The translations under genes and the position numbers were made by a program. The notes beneath the pieces were generated by a model. It saw only the letters and a list, made by a program, of their open reading frames with translations. It did not search any database and was not told the origin of the DNA. 64,000 nucleotides of DNA, taken from positions 1,798,001 through 1,862,000 of the forward strand of contig JBPQGU010000016.1 in assembly GCA_051362555.1 (NCBI GenBank). Reading direction: 5' to 3'. Below, piece by piece: positions 35,595-58,667 of this stretch. Numbering within the stretch: position 1 is the stretch's first letter; the number at the start of each line of letters is the position of its first letter. The stretch is from Lingula anatina. Taxonomy: Eukaryota > Animalia > Brachiopoda.

Positions 35595-38500
35595 GGGTCC
35601 TACGAAAATACGAAAACTGCGAAAACCGCGAAAACCAGAAGTTGCTAGGCGAAAACCTCACTGTAACTTACCAATTCTCGATGTTCTTGACAAGTTGCTG
35701 TAATATTTGGATAACTTGGACCATATTACATACATCATGACCTTTGATAACGATGTTGTAATGAATTGAGTATGTTACAGCTGAGTTTTCTAGATCGGCA
35801 ACTATAGTGCGTGGGAGCCATGTTTGGTTTACAATTGGCATATATAAACAGCAGTGTCCCCTCAGGCCAGTATTGCCATATCAGGCCAGTATTGCCCTCT
35901 CAGGTTAGTAATGCTTTTCCAGGCAAGTAATACTCTCTCAAGTACTATATGAAGTGGATAACACAGATTACCTGCATTCTTAGTAATGCAAAGTTTATTA
36001 ATAAATAGGATTTAATAAATATGCACAAAGTAGAACTTTTTTTTTTCATTCCAACCAGAAGTGAAACTACACATCAATGCTTGTAAAAAGTGCCCATTTT
36101 AATACACCACACATGTAGAGTCTATATTGTATGAGCTTTGAACCTGCATAGAATGTACACTCCTACTTTTCCAAATATAAAATGAGTAGCATTGTGTAAT
36201 AAAGTGACCAGCATAGAGCAATTTATAAAGCATTATGAAAATGTAGGTTCTAATTAACATAATTGATAATATTCAATATATATAATAATGGTGAATACAA
36301 TTAGATTATTTTTATTAAAACATTTTTTCCTCTGAACTTGATCCATGGCCACTGATTTTGTTATTTAATCACATTTTATCTTACTCTTTTTGAAAAGATA
36401 TTCATGCACAGCCATTTGTTACACTAATTGTTTTCCACTTAATAAACCAAATCCATTTCTAAAGCATCAATTAATTTATACAATGTAGATTGTATATATG
36501 TGTATCCTAAGGTGTCTAATACACATTTTACCTTCAAATCAATGTGTTTAATTGTTTTTACATTTGGGTTCTGTGTATGTGCCAGTATACAGAGATAAGC
36601 TCTTTTAACTCTGAAAAAATGTCAATAGTCAGTTAATCATGCATATATATTATACGCACAATAATAGAGAAAAAAAAGGAAAAAGGAACACACATTAAAC
36701 ACATGTACTGGTACTCTGATTTGCAGGAGGCATTTTCTCTTGAAAGGAGATATAACAGATTACAACTGAATGATGTTATGTGATTGACATAATAAATAGG
36801 TTACTCCTAGAGTTTTAGGCAGTGCACATCTAATTTCGTAATTGATATGATATGATTATCTTTCAATTCCATATCTATTTCATCATTTCTGTGTCTATGC
36901 TGTGTTTTAACACTTCAACTTTTTGTATGGTAAGTTTTTATCAGTTTGAAGCACTCTGCATGTGTTTTGTTGAAGATTGCCAAAAAGCAAATGAAGTTAT
37001 GTATATCAAGATAGTCCATAACATGTTAACACCTTGGTATTTTCCACTATTTGCTGATTATTGGCATGCTGTAATATCAAGGGACTGTTGACAGTTCTTA
37101 TTTGCCAGGAAGTTGATCAATAGTAAATAATAGTGTGTGCTTGTATATTTCATTTGCCATATATTTTAAAGCATGTAATATACCAAACAGAGTCCTTGGG
37201 CTTGCATTCTGCTTGGTATAATAAAAGGAATATGAAATAAAAAGTGTTAGTTTTCTTGTAAAGAATATTATTACCTCTGCCAAGGAGGCTATGTTTTATC
37301 ACCCCTGTTTGTTTGTTTGTTTGTTTGTCATCATCATAACTAAAAAGTTATGGATAAATTTCGATGGCATTTTCAGGGTAGGTCAGAAATGGGTTAACTT
37401 AGAAGTGATTAGTTTTTGGTGGCGAACTGGATCAATAATCAATCAATAATAAAAAACTAAATCATTATAGAATGAAAATTTAGGAGTGAAATGGCATTGG
37501 ATGGACACTCTGCTGCCTTAGTGGAGGTCTGCGGTCTCTTAGTGCTTTTCTAGTTGCCATTATTAATAAACTATTGTGTACACTTTGTACTTTAAAAGTA
37601 TTATAAGTTCTCAACCAATGCATTTCTCAATGGTGTATAATATATTGGGAAAGGAAGGTAACAATTTTGAAACAGATCATTAGTCCACTATTCTGAATGT
37701 GGCCTATATTTGTAAAATTGTCAGCTCTCTACCGTATTAATTCTCCTCTAAAACTTTATTCCTTTAAATATCTGGCCAAATAAGAATTATGCTTTGGCAA
37801 TAGCATATAGCTCCAATATGATTTGAACTACTTTTGAAAGGGGACATTATTCTAGGTCAAAAACAAATGTTGCTTTAGTTCTAAATGCTTTAGCCATCAT
37901 AAATGGGTTTAAACCCGATAAAACTATAATCAGAATACATGTACTTAGACAAATTATTATGAATCTACATATTTAAGGTCATAGATTGTGTTGCGCTTTA
38001 CAGAGCACCCATACTTATTCATATGTAACATGTTCTAAGGCCAAAATAAAAAACTTCAGACAAATGCATTGAACGATTTGGATGTGTTTATTCTCAGAAC
38101 TTGCTAGTCCGAAATGCATACCACATACACAGCACAAATTGTGTTTTCTTAAAAGAATTTTTGTATCTTTCTGATTACCATTGGGATTTACTACGTACTG
38201 AATTCATGTCATTGTTTAGATGTTATGATTGAATCAGTCCAATAAGTATTGTGGTTAGGAGGGTTAAGTTGACAATGGCTAACTGTTATCCGCAGGTGTA
38301 AAAGAAATGACTGAATTGCATATATTAAATTTGGTGTGGTAAAATGGTTCAAATTTTGTGAAGACCTGGGATTTCTTTCACACAAACAAGTTAACAAGCT
38401 AACAAACAGAAAAGTATATTTTGAGACACACATTATAAATACTTATTTCATCGAGTTAAAGATGCATCTAAAAATGCATATTCATCATATATTCTAATAT

Positions 38501-40373
38501 CATGCAACAGCCAGAAGGCCAAGCACACATTAGGGTAGAATTCTTAAAGGAAAAAAAACATACAGTCTGTGTATTCTGGAAATTCAACACCTATGGAATT
38601 TTAAATTAACTGATGGTCATTATGATTGCATACTTTTCACAAACAAATGCACCCTTGGATTCTAATTAAAATCAATTTATTAGATTCTGTTAAGTTTAAG
38701 TGCTCTCTGACCTTATTTTTTAATGAATTAACACAATCTATATACATCCATTTGAAAGAAACAGAAAATTGAAAAATTAAGTGATATACAACATAATCCC
38801 CATCAATTTTTATTTATCTACTTTAAGTAATACTGTTTATTGTAACTACTCTCTGACTTTTTTTAACAAATTAACACAATATTAAGTATATACATCCATT
38901 TGAAAGAAACAAAATCAAAAAATGAAGTGATAAACAACATAATAACCATCGATTTTTATTTATCTCCTCTAGGAGGGTTTCATGCATTTTGATGCAATAA
39001 TACATAATCCTTAACAGCATTACCACCAACAATTTTATGCATAACTAATAAATAGGTTTCATGCCCATATTGAAAATGCAAAAAAAAAAAAAAAAAAGGA
39101 ATGAAATTCCACCCTAAACTGCATAACTTTCAGACAAAAAAATAATAAATAAATAAATAAATAATAATGAGGTACAAGATAGAAAATATCAATGCTGATA
39201 CAATAATACATTTTGATCGACAGCAGAGTCAGCAACAAATATCACATGGCTTCAGGCCCATTAATTCAAATTCTCAGCTCTGTTTGAAAATGACAAAATG
39301 TATAAAAAATTCACCAAGAAATTGCAAAAATTCATGGAAAATAAGTAGCAGTGAACTTAAATTTGCTGACACTGACAGCTAGATGGACTTAATTAGTGAC
39401 AGCTAAGACTGCAGCTGTAACTAGTTAAGTCTTGATCATTTCTTGATCATTATTGATTTAGCACTTACCTGAGGGCACAGAGCCACAGAAGCATACCATT
39501 AATGACAACCAGATCCTAATGAGTGTAATGTCAAATGAACCTACAAGTTCTTTGATAAAACTGTTATTAATATAAAATATACTACAATCCATGCATTAAA
39601 AATAAAAAGCAAGCAAGTCCACGGGTCAGTATTAACAATGCACTGTAGTTGTCTCAGAATAAGACTTTAGTCCCTTTTCTTAAAAAATAAATTGCCAGTG
39701 CACAAATTGACTAAATATGTATAGATAACTGTTTTGGTAAAATGGAATTTGGTATGTAGAGAGCCTTTATTTTAACATGATTTAAACAAACAAAAACAAC
39801 TTTTTTATGATGAAAAACATTTAATGATTCAATATTTCTTTTATAAAGTTTAATGCAAATACAAAGTTCTTACAACTTCATGTACAGTTAGAAGTAATTT
39901 TTCTCATGCACAAATAACACATTTACAAATAAAGCATTAATTAACTTAAAGTTGGCACAATGTTGTAAATGTTACTTGATAAATGTTTGTTAGTTTCTTA
40001 TATGTATGTATTAAGTAAGCAGAAAATATTGTGCTGTTATCCACATTCATATGCCTGAGAAAGCATTACTGGCATGAGAGGGCAATACTGGCCTGATATG
40101 GCAATACTGGCCTGAGGGGACACTGCTGTTTATATATGCCAATTGTAAACCAAACATGGCTCCCACGCACTATAGTTGCCGATCTAGAAAACTCAGCTGT
40201 AACATACTCAATTCATTACAACATCGTTATCAAAGGTCATGATGTATGTAATATGGTCCAAGTTATCCAAATATTACAGCAATTTGTCGAGAACATCGAG
40301 AATTGGTAAGTTATAGTGAGGTTTTCGCCTAGCAACTTCTGGTTTTCGCGGTTTTCGTATTTTCGTAGGACCG
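35595..40373. mobile_element. Non-autonomous Mutator-like element (MULE), 4.8 kb
   Basis: ~330-bp near-perfect TIRs (35595-~35925, ~40051-40373); exact 9-bp TSD TGGTTTAAG (35586-35594, 40374-40382); no transposase ORF visible. Confidence 0.9.
37268..37555 (+). mobile_element. Helentron-associated non-autonomous element (HINE/DINE/pearl-like) nested in the MULE; degenerate relative ~48185-48410
   Basis: ttattacctctgcc 5' subTIR, (GTTT)n microsatellite, gtggaggt 3' subTIR, weak terminal stem-loop, ends ttctagtt. Confidence 0.65.
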
Positions 40374-40697
40374 TGGTTTAAGTCATGATTTTACCAGTTA
40401 TCATCTGTTGCACATGCTGCATTTTTTTTCTAATCTGAAGTCAGTGAAGATAAATTACTAGTAAAGACATTCAGACCCTCATTACAGTGTGCCTCTAGTT
40501 TACTTGTACCTAACCCCCATTTATATATCATAGGGAAGAAATAATATAGGAGGAATAGGGTCATGATTAATGAGATACATGCTGTGCTTTGTGATTCAGT
40601 CAGTCTGCTGGCGATCTACTTACGAGTTCATGTTTGTGACTAGATACCAAATGTTGAGGAAAACATAATTAAATAATTCTAATTAAATCATGTTTTA

Positions 40698-40944
40698 GGC
40701 TTCATTCACATGCAATGTCTATTTTCTAAATTCTATTTTCTATTCGCGGTATGTCTTATGATCACGGTCTGTGCCCTGGCGTAATTACTGGCAGCGCGAG
40801 CCACTTACTATAAGTTACTATAAGTAACTGGCTCGCGCTGCCAGTAATTACGCGGCGGGATATTCAGTGCACAGACCGTGATCATAAGATAGCACGAATA
40901 GAAAATAGATTTTTAGAAAATAGACATTCCATGTGAACGAAGCC
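40698..40944. mobile_element. Palindromic Tourist-like MITE, same family as 29677-29906
   Basis: ggcttcattcacatg...catgtgaacgaagcc with TWA flanks; arms complementary over most of the length. Confidence 0.8.
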
Positions 40945-43031
40945 TAAGACCAAAGCTTTCTGACTACCTCAACACAGAATACATCAGTAATAATCTCTTA
41001 CTTGTGGATGTTGGGCCCATTTCACAGAATGGGTGAAAGGAAGAAATGGCTAAAATTTTAAGTAAAATTATAATAATTCTTCATTTTGATTTTATTTTAA
41101 TAGTGTGCTGTAAATTAGTTATATCCAGCTTACCTATAATATCACTGTGGTTGCTTAGTAATGGATATTTATAACATGAAATGAAGTTTTGAATATAAAT
41201 ACATGTTAGTTACACACAGCTTAATTCAGGAAGCAGTGTGGGCATGTTAGATTTATTTTCAGTTCATTAAGTTGAAATTATGAATGGGCACTGCAGTTGT
41301 TATCTGTGTGGACAGTGACCTGAAAGTGAAGATATTGATACCTAGGATGTATATTTGGAATTCAAAACCAAATGATAGTATTCCGCTTATCACATGGTAT
41401 GTAGCATCACAATTTGGATTAGATAATTTCTAATGGAACTGCAGATATAAGCAAATATTTGAGAGTAGATTTGTGAAGGGCAAATGCACACAAGTTTTTT
41501 TTTTTTTTTTTTTTTTTTTTTTGGGGGGGGGGGGGGGTGTTGGTAGGGTGAGGTGGTGTGGGGTGGGACCAGTGTTTAATGTGATGCATGTCACCATAAT
41601 CTGAAATGATGTAAAGTGAAGTAGTGCTGTATCTACTTTAGAATGCACAGTGTTTCCAATTTTAGTGCAGCCTGGACCCCATTTTAGACCCCCCCCCAAC
41701 AAAAATCACCTCTAGTTTGTTTTGTGAAATGGGGGCCTGATCTGATTCCTTCATTGTCAATTCAAACCTAGAATATTAAATCCAAGATGCAGCTTTGGCC
41801 ATGCACCAAATTGCCCAGTTCTTCGTTGCTTTTAACTTTGATTTAAAACTAAGATTTCAGTAGAATTTCACTTTGTTTAGCCAGAGGAAATTGTATTCTG
41901 TAGTGAACCTTGCAACTGTGTACTAGTAAGCAGTTTTTTATTTCATTTTTAGTGCAGTGTTCAGAGTCACATGTAGAGCTGATGACTCAGTGCAGCCTTG
42001 TGTTGTTACTTCCCAGATATATCGTGTTACATACACACACATAGCCTGTACTTGTGGCAGCTGAGCCTGTCAGAATGAAAGCATATTCATTTGAGCAAGT
42101 GGACTGTGTTTGGTTATTTTTTTTTTTTTTTTTTTTTATTTTTTTTTTTTGGGGGGGGGGGAGGGTAATGTTTAGAAAAGCATGGTAAAAGTCATTCTTG
42201 TTATTATAAATTATTAAAATTAGAACTATGACTGTTACTGTGAATATAATCATTAGTATTATTGTTGATAATAATAATAATGCTAAATAATGATAATGAT
42301 AATATATATTGAATTTGAACACTTAATTGTGCACAAATTTTATTTAATTGTACTTTTGTTTATTAATTTATCAAGTTATTTCATGTATAAAATTATTGAT
42401 TTTTGTTGTTGGATATTAATGTTGATGATTGTTTAGAAAAAAAAAACTATGAACAGAAACCTGATGTGAATTCAGTCATCAAGTACTGCTACTGACCTTA
42501 GGGTGCAGCTCATCTTTCTGCTTCCTCATGATCAGTGAAATGCAGCAGAAACAGATGTGGCCTTGGGAATCCTATCTTTTAAGCTGCCTTACCACGCATA
42601 TTAGTAAACTAATAATCAATAGGATAATCTTGGATTAAAAGTAGATTATAAGCGAAATCAGATAAGATCACTAAATTAAGATCCATTTGACCTGACCTTG
42701 ACCAGAGAGAGAGAGAGAGAGAATTGGGGAGAGAGAGAGAGATTGCAGGTTTTTCCCCTCAAGACGGTCAATCTATAAAGAAAGAAAATAAATGTAGGAG
42801 CCATATTGTTTAAAACATTCTAATTTGAATATCAGATTGTGAAAATCCAGAGAAAATAAACTTGGTCCCTCCCTTAGAGCCTGTGTGAGGAGAAAAATAT
42901 AGCCTATCATACATAATAACCATAATTAATATGCTAATTAATATTAGAGGGCATACTAGTATGTATGTGAAGAGAGCATATGTGAATACTGGAGTAAGCA
43001 GTGTCACTTAATTGCATAGACTTCACTCTTA

Positions 43032-43285
43032 GGGTTTCGTTCAGAATGAATTAGCTCAAAATAGCTACTGTGCACTTACTCTATAGGGACTCTTGCTGAA
43101 TGCTGCCTGATTAACAGACTAACCCACCTCCCCCTGATGTTGAGTGAAATACAAGAAAGCTGGTGATTGTGAAGTTGGTAACAAGAGGAGGTGTGTTAGT
43201 CTGTTAATCTGATTGTATTTAACAAGAGTCCCCTTGGAGTTAGTGTGCAGTAGCTATTGCGTCCTGACTTATTCTGAGTGACCCC
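43032..43285. mobile_element. Foldback MITE with TTA TSD
   Basis: Arms aatagctactgtgcact..gggactcttg..gattaacagactaac and gttagtctgttaatc..caagagtccc..agtgtgcagtagctatt. Confidence 0.75.
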
Positions 43286-45999
43286 TTAAATTACAACTGA
43301 CCTACGAGTGTAACCAGTAATATAATTATTTAACAAGACTCAGTATGTGTCTTCATTTCTATACTAGTAATTATAAGTCGAAGGTGGTGATGACTTGAGA
43401 TTGGGCAGGTTCAGTAGAGATGTGCAATGTATGTTTTAACTGTGTTTTGCACTCATTTTCAGTGTTATAAATTTTTAATTTGATTTTAATTTGAAATATA
43501 TGCTTAGGATGCATTCCGAGATTTAGATCAATCCAGAGATTTAGATTTAGATCGACCTAACTCCCTGGGGGTTCACGCTAAATTGCAGTCAGCCTAAGCT
43601 AGCGCAAACCATAGTTAATTACCCCCTTACAGCTTTTAGTAGGCGGGACAGATGCTTAAGCTGACTAAGCTGACAGTAATCTAGTGAGACTCCCCACAGA
43701 TCGATCTAAAATCTATGGGAATGGGGTCTTAGAGAGCCCTGTCTGTGATAATGAAATGAGTTGTTGACTTACAGTTGACTCTGCCATGAAGTATTGGCTG
43801 AATTCCAACTCAAAGTAAAATTATCAAGTGATTATCCACATAAACAATTTTGTCAAATATATTGATTAAAAAAAGTAAAATATTTCACAATTTCTTCAGT
43901 CAAACTAGCATTATATATTAGGATTATGGATACTTGGGAGTTGCCTGTGGCAGAGCTGGAACCTTCTCAGAAGGCCAGCTTATTTTTTTGCCATACAGTT
44001 AGCATTAAATCAAGACAAACTGTGTCATTAATTGATAAAACAACTAGTACTTGTAAGGATGTACATTGCTTTCCCTATACTTTGTGAAGAGGGAAGCTAC
44101 TTTAAAAAAAAAAAGTTACTAAATTGTTTTTTCTCCTATCTGTTTATGTCGCGTCATAATTTGAGCTGCATTTATATATGTATATAGAGAGAGAGAACAA
44201 TGAAAACCAACTGCTCATCCTCCCCTCCTCACCCACTTCCACCCACTCTGTCAAACAGAATGAAAAGATAATCAATAAAGCTGGCCATAAATAAAGTTTT
44301 TCTATTGATCTGCTGGGTAACATTCTGCCATTCTGAGGCCCATTTTTAGGAATCACCTGTTACAAATGAGCGTGCAACAAAACGTGGTTCACAGAGGTAA
44401 AACATTGATTTAGTTTCATTTTATTTTTGACTGGAAAATGTACCCTTACTTTTAGATCATTTACTTTACTAGTATGTATATATTTCATTTTTGAACTTAA
44501 ACACATGGACTTTATAGATCTATTGAGTTTGATGTGTAGTTTATGAAGTCTGACAGGTAGTAGAGGTAACTGTTTGGATTAGCTATTACAAATTGCATTT
44601 GATATGCAAATGATATTTAAGCAGTATTGCATTCATAAGAATCAGAGTAGAAAGGAGTTTGCAACAAGCTGGAAACTGGAAAGAAACATGGCTTTTGTGA
44701 TTCCTTAGAACATTCTGAAGCCATATTGCACAGGAAACTGTGGTTAGTTAATGGCTTTCTCTATTGTGTAGATATCTATACTGTATGGGAGTTCTCAAAA
44801 GGAATATGAGTTTTAAAGTCAGAGAATTCTCACTTGAGTACGGTTCACCCAAGTTCACTGGAAACACGCCACCCTTAAACATTGCAGCCATATTCCACAG
44901 TAAACTGTGGTCAGTTCAGGATACCAAGTTAATGGTTCTCCCCAATGTATAGCATTCCACAAATACCACAACCTGATGGAACAGGAGCTGTACCCTCTGA
45001 TAGGTAACAAAGACATTGAGTGTTAGGTAATAGTTTACTTTCAAGTATGAAGAGGAGAGGTTTTTATATCAGAGTGACTCATCTTCATCAGGTACTAGTG
45101 CTTCAACTGAGGAAGTATTTTTAAAGATACTAGCATACTAGTAACCTATCAAATTTTGGGCCAGGATATATTTAAAGGATCGTATATTTAAAGTATTGTA
45201 CATGTAGCTACTACAGGAGACTATAGCTAGTATTATCTGCAGGGGAAAGGACCTCACAGACCATGATAAACTACATAACTACTCCAGTATTAATATTTAT
45301 CTGCAGTTAGGGATTTTAAAACAAAGATAATTGCAAAATCAGTGTATACATTGGAGGAAGATAGGGGTACTAGTACTAGTACATGCGGTAGTGTCAAAAA
45401 GTGTGACATGGAAATTCAGTTGGTATGTCAGGGGTTATCTCAAAATACTGACTGTTAAAGTTGCATGCCACATATCTTGGTATTGTTTATATGAATAATT
45501 ATATGATCATTGCTTCATAATTAATATTGAGTTTTGTATACTAGTGTCAGCTCTCTCTCTTTCTCTTTCTCTGAAATGAGATTATGACCCTTCTTTCTTG
45601 CTGTAAATCATACAATATATTTCATTTAACTGAAATTACTGTAACTGCTGTATTTCTAGGATTTCTTAACAACGTCATGTTTGCATGTAGGATGAGTTAA
45701 TATGTTTCCTAGAAAAGAAAATAACTCCAGGATTCTGAGGAATGACGCAAAGGAATGCATGCTATGGTATGCCAGCACTGTGACGCAAGCAACTACAGTA
45801 TGTTCTTCTGAATGCTCAGTGTTTGAATACTTCTTCAGGAAATATCAGGCAGTTGTAGTATCACCTTGGTCATTGTTTATAGCAGTGAGATGTTGATCAC
45901 TTTGAGAGCATTGAACAATGAGAAAGTCTGCTACAAGGTACAGGCCAGATTAGCTTTGGTTGCTTTATTGAGGGAACCAACTTTGGACAAGGCACATTG

Positions 46000-46140
46000 C
46001 AGGCCTACCCAACTACCAGACTCGGCACCGAATGATCCTGAATTCACTGGTAGATCAGACCACACTACCCATTTTCAAGGTCTGATCTACTGGTGAATTC
46101 CGGATCATTCGGTGCCGAGTCTGGTAGTTGGGTAGGCCTG
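46000..46140. mobile_element. Palindromic MITE, CAGGCC termini, 5-bp TSD CATTG
   Basis: ~62-bp near-perfect arms around a 17-bp spacer; cattg|caggcc...ggcctg|cattg. Confidence 0.88.
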
Positions 46141-46369
46141 CATTGGATTGTTACACAAATAGTGGCTATTTGGTTCAATGTTGCACACATCTGATGTTTG
46201 CATATAACTGTTATGTATCACTTTTTAGTTACTGTTGATTGCTCTCCTCATGAAAGGGTCCCAAAGTATAAAACATGGGGAAAAAAATGGAACAAGTGAA
46301 AATCATGCAAATGTTTCACAAGTTGTGTGTGAATTTCATTGACAGGACCAAGTATTATTTTATTTATTT

Positions 46370-46400
<31 letters not shown>

Positions 46401-46626
46401 GCTGGGGGAGGGGAGCAATGACCCATGAGTGAGTTAGACATGTAAAGTTGTAAACTGTGAAAAAAGAGAATTTATTTTCATCACTGTGAAGGTAATCAGA
46501 AATATCATTTCTATTTCAGAAAACGAATGTCAAAGATTAAAGTGATGCCTGATACAGTAACTGCATTACCAGTGTGCCATATCAATATCAGTAACAACAA
46601 CAACAGCGGTAATAGCTGTAATTACA

Positions 46627-54929
<8,303 letters not shown>

Positions 54930-55959
54930 AATTAAAGTAAAAAAAAAATGAACAAAAAAAAAGAAAGTTTGTGTCTGCCAACTTATCCCTTGTGTAAATT
55001 TGAGGAATGGAGAAAGAAGTCTGACTCGAAGGGAGGTTGTATTTCATCAGTGATATAAAATGGTTCATGTTATTGAGAATTCATAGATGAGGTCAAGATT
55101 TTTAGGCTTTTTTAAAAGCTCTAAATGAGGGTATAATTTGATTATAATAGATGCGTCTCAGTAGTTCTAAGGCTCAGTTGTACGAGGCTCTAAATGGGCT
55201 TTTTTTCTGCACAGTTTTTCACCTTCAAACATAATAGGATTCAAAATCTGGATTCAAAATATATTTTTGAGATTTAAAAAAGATACAAAAGAAAAGCGAG
55301 AAAAAAATGTCCTAGTTCAGCCTTTATGTGCCATTGATTGACAGACTTCTAGGAAAAGGATAGATTGCAAGAGTGGCTGCACTTATTGGCAGTTAAGCTT
55401 TTTTTTTGTGATTGGCTCCAGAAAAGAAAATAAGCCCAGAATTTGATTTAAAATTTAAGACAAAAACTTATGCAATACTTTGAGTTCAAGATATCTTCAC
55501 TGCACTTAAGTTATCATAGCCAATAAAACGGACATAATATTTGGTTAATTTGGACTTTTATTGGTTTGGCTAGGGTCACACGGTTATACGAATTATTGGG
55601 CTAAATTATGAAAGTAACCCCTTTTCAAAATTGAGGCATGTTCACAGTAAGACTTACTTGGGCTAAAATTTGGTTTGCCAATTAAAAAGTATTCTAGCCT
55701 AAAGACCAAAAAAAAAAAAAAAAATGAAGCATCCTAGATCCAAAACAGAAGTGTAGCACCCTTCTTAGATAACAGAGTTTGTACTATTTTACAAAAAAGG
55801 TAAAAGTTCCAAAGACTGAGTAATGTTTCGATTTAAAATTGACAGCTATACAATTTGGTAGAAGGTAAAATAAACCTTTAGTATTAGACAGGATGGTTGT
55901 CTGACTATTTCTGGTTTAAGTAAGTCCCTGTGTGAATGCGGCTGTAGGAAAGGTACTTA

Positions 55960-56503
55960 GAGCGCATTCTCAACGAAGTAAGCCAGGCTTTACAAAGCCG
56001 GTGACCTAAAAATGGCGGACGTACATGAAAGAAAAACCGCCTAATCTTTTAATAGTCTCTCCGCCTCCCCACACGTCGTCCCTGCGGGGTACAGTAATTA
56101 AATCGCGTCTCCGTTCGCCATGCGGAAGCTACCTGAGAAATATTAAGTGCGCATGCTCATCAGTTAAACTCGTGGCGAAGAAAGCATGGCGGCTGAAGGC
56201 GATCGAAGGAAAAAAGCTCTTCTGTTCTATTATCTTTGAAAACAGAGACGAAAAAGGAATAATTTGGCCCGTAGAGCAGCAATGAATCGACTATCTACGG
56301 ATAATATCACCAGAGATATTCACGGAAATATTAATGTTCGGAGCCGAGATTTAATTACTGTACCCCGCAGGGACGACGTGTGGGGAGGCGTGTGAGAGGC
56401 GGAGAGACTATTAAAAGATTAGGCGGTTTTTCTTTCATGTACGTCCGCCATTTTTAGGTCACCGGCTTTGTAAAGCCTGGCTTAATTCGTTGAGAATGCG
56501 CTC
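55960..56503. mobile_element. Tourist/Harbinger-like MITE with ~145-bp TIRs, TTA TSD
   Basis: tta|gagcgcattctcaacgaa...ttcgttgagaatgcgctc|tta; arms almost perfectly complementary apart from a short indel. Confidence 0.9.
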
Positions 56504-58667
56504 TTAGAGCACACTGTATGTGTAGCAGTGGTGAGGTTTGATTTAAAATTTGATAAAACAAAAAATGCTATTTTAATGAGGTCATATTTTTGTACATTGA
56601 ATGAAAACATGACATGCAATGTCTACTTATTTTCAGCATTAAAGATACAGTACTGTAGGTAGACTTCTGGGTCAGAAAAAGAAAAAAGAATATAATGCTA
56701 TAATTAGAGATTTTCTAGAGAGTTATGTTTGGTGACCGGTTGTTAATTCTCTTGCATCGATATGAAGAGGACTTAACCATTTAAGCATACCGGTCTAGAG
56801 CTAATACAGTGTAGGCATGCCTAGTTTGACTGTGATCTTTGCACAATTATTTAGATGAGTGCAGAGTTTATGGCTGCTTGAACAGTTTACCCTGTTATGT
56901 CGTGTTGCAGAACGTGGTCCATGCTTAATTTAGATTTAGAAAGAGGATAAGGTATAGAGGTAACTTCAAAGTTCAGCATTCAACCTTTGGTTCAGCCAGT
57001 TCAGTAGACTTTTGGTTAGTTGAAGCAGGCGGAAGTAGTTAACATTTAGTTAATTAATTATTTAGTATATTATAAGGTATTATCTGGTTTAATTATTGGC
57101 ACAACAATGCAAAATTGATGAGAAGAAGACGGTAGACGCATTACGGATGCGGGGAATTTCTCATCAGTAAATGAATTATGTAAAATTATGAACATTGAAT
57201 ATGCATTTAAAATTATAGGGTATGTTCTGATATTTTTCCAGTATTATGGGATCCCGTAAGTAGAAGAAAGCAAGTTACAAAACATGAAAGATATACTAAA
57301 CAAGTATATTGTATTTGAATATTTGTATATCTGCTCCTGAAATTGATAAAGAGCCGGTGACGCCAAATGAAAATAGCGTAACACTTAAGCAGACGTATTT
57401 GTCCAATCAGAATACTTATAAATATTTTATTGGCCATATTTTAATTGGCAGTTAGTAATCATATTTTACTGCCAGGAGCGCTGTCAAGCGTAAGTGCCAG
57501 GATATAAAATTAATGGGATATTAATCGGATAAGATTTGAACTCAGAAAAAAGGGCATTTGGTAATGAACTTGATTTGTCGATAGCTGGCAGTGCGTCTTT
57601 TATTCATGGAGATATGGCAGCACGCGGAAATACGTTTTCCTAGCGAAGTACTACATCGAACATGGTGTGCGTTTTCATTGTACATAAGCAATTATTATTT
57701 GACCGTAAGAGGAATGGAGCAACTATTTAAAACTTCCCGGAGAAGTTATGAGCGGTGTGATTTTATCTGCGTTATAATGGGATTTGCCAGACGTTACTGA
57801 TATGAAGATAACGATGATGTGTACAGATTGCACTGGTAGCGTGCATCTGTGCTGTATATTTAAGGTGATTGTGTTTGTTTTTGGTGCTAAGTGTTGATAG
57901 CATGTAGTGATGAAATAAATGGATCAAACATTTGAATAATCAGGTCGGCCTTCGAGTTATTATTATATTGCACGGATATACAAGAATATGAAATTTTACC
58001 GTAAAGGATGTGCGAAAAAAAAACTTCTTAAACCGCAAGACGGATGGCAATGCATCCGAATCTTAAATATTTCGTGCAAATACGGTGTAAGAAAAAAACA
58101 ATGTAAACTTAGAGAGTCAGTTATGTAAAAAGGATTTATTTTCCTTGAAGTATCAATTTGAACACTATGTAACACGTACATGGCGGCATAAATCAAGATG
58201 TATAGGAGACGTGTTAATGTAGATCTTCCATGCAATGTTTCTTGCTCTGTATAAGTTTTGTCACCCATTACTTACATTACTTTCATTTGAATGATTAATG
58301 CCACATTGAAGATTGAGACATGTTTATTATTGGGCTAGCGTTATCTAAATCAGAGTACTACATCGTCACCGAAATGACATAAAGCTAACTGACAAGAACC
58401 AGTGCTTAAAAACATCGCGTACAGCAATCCACGGCTTCAAAGTAAAGTTTCACGCTATTTTAAAACTACAGCTGCTTACACGTACCACGAGATGCACATG
58501 TGAATATATTATACGTTCTATTAAATCTTACCAGAAGTCAACATTTTGTGATGCAAAGTCCTTTAAATAGAAAACGATTGAGGGCGGTTAGTCATATACA
58601 CTTGACGTTTGACCTAAAGTATTGCCATAACGGCTGCAACTGTGGAAACTGCACGTGTGTATTCACT

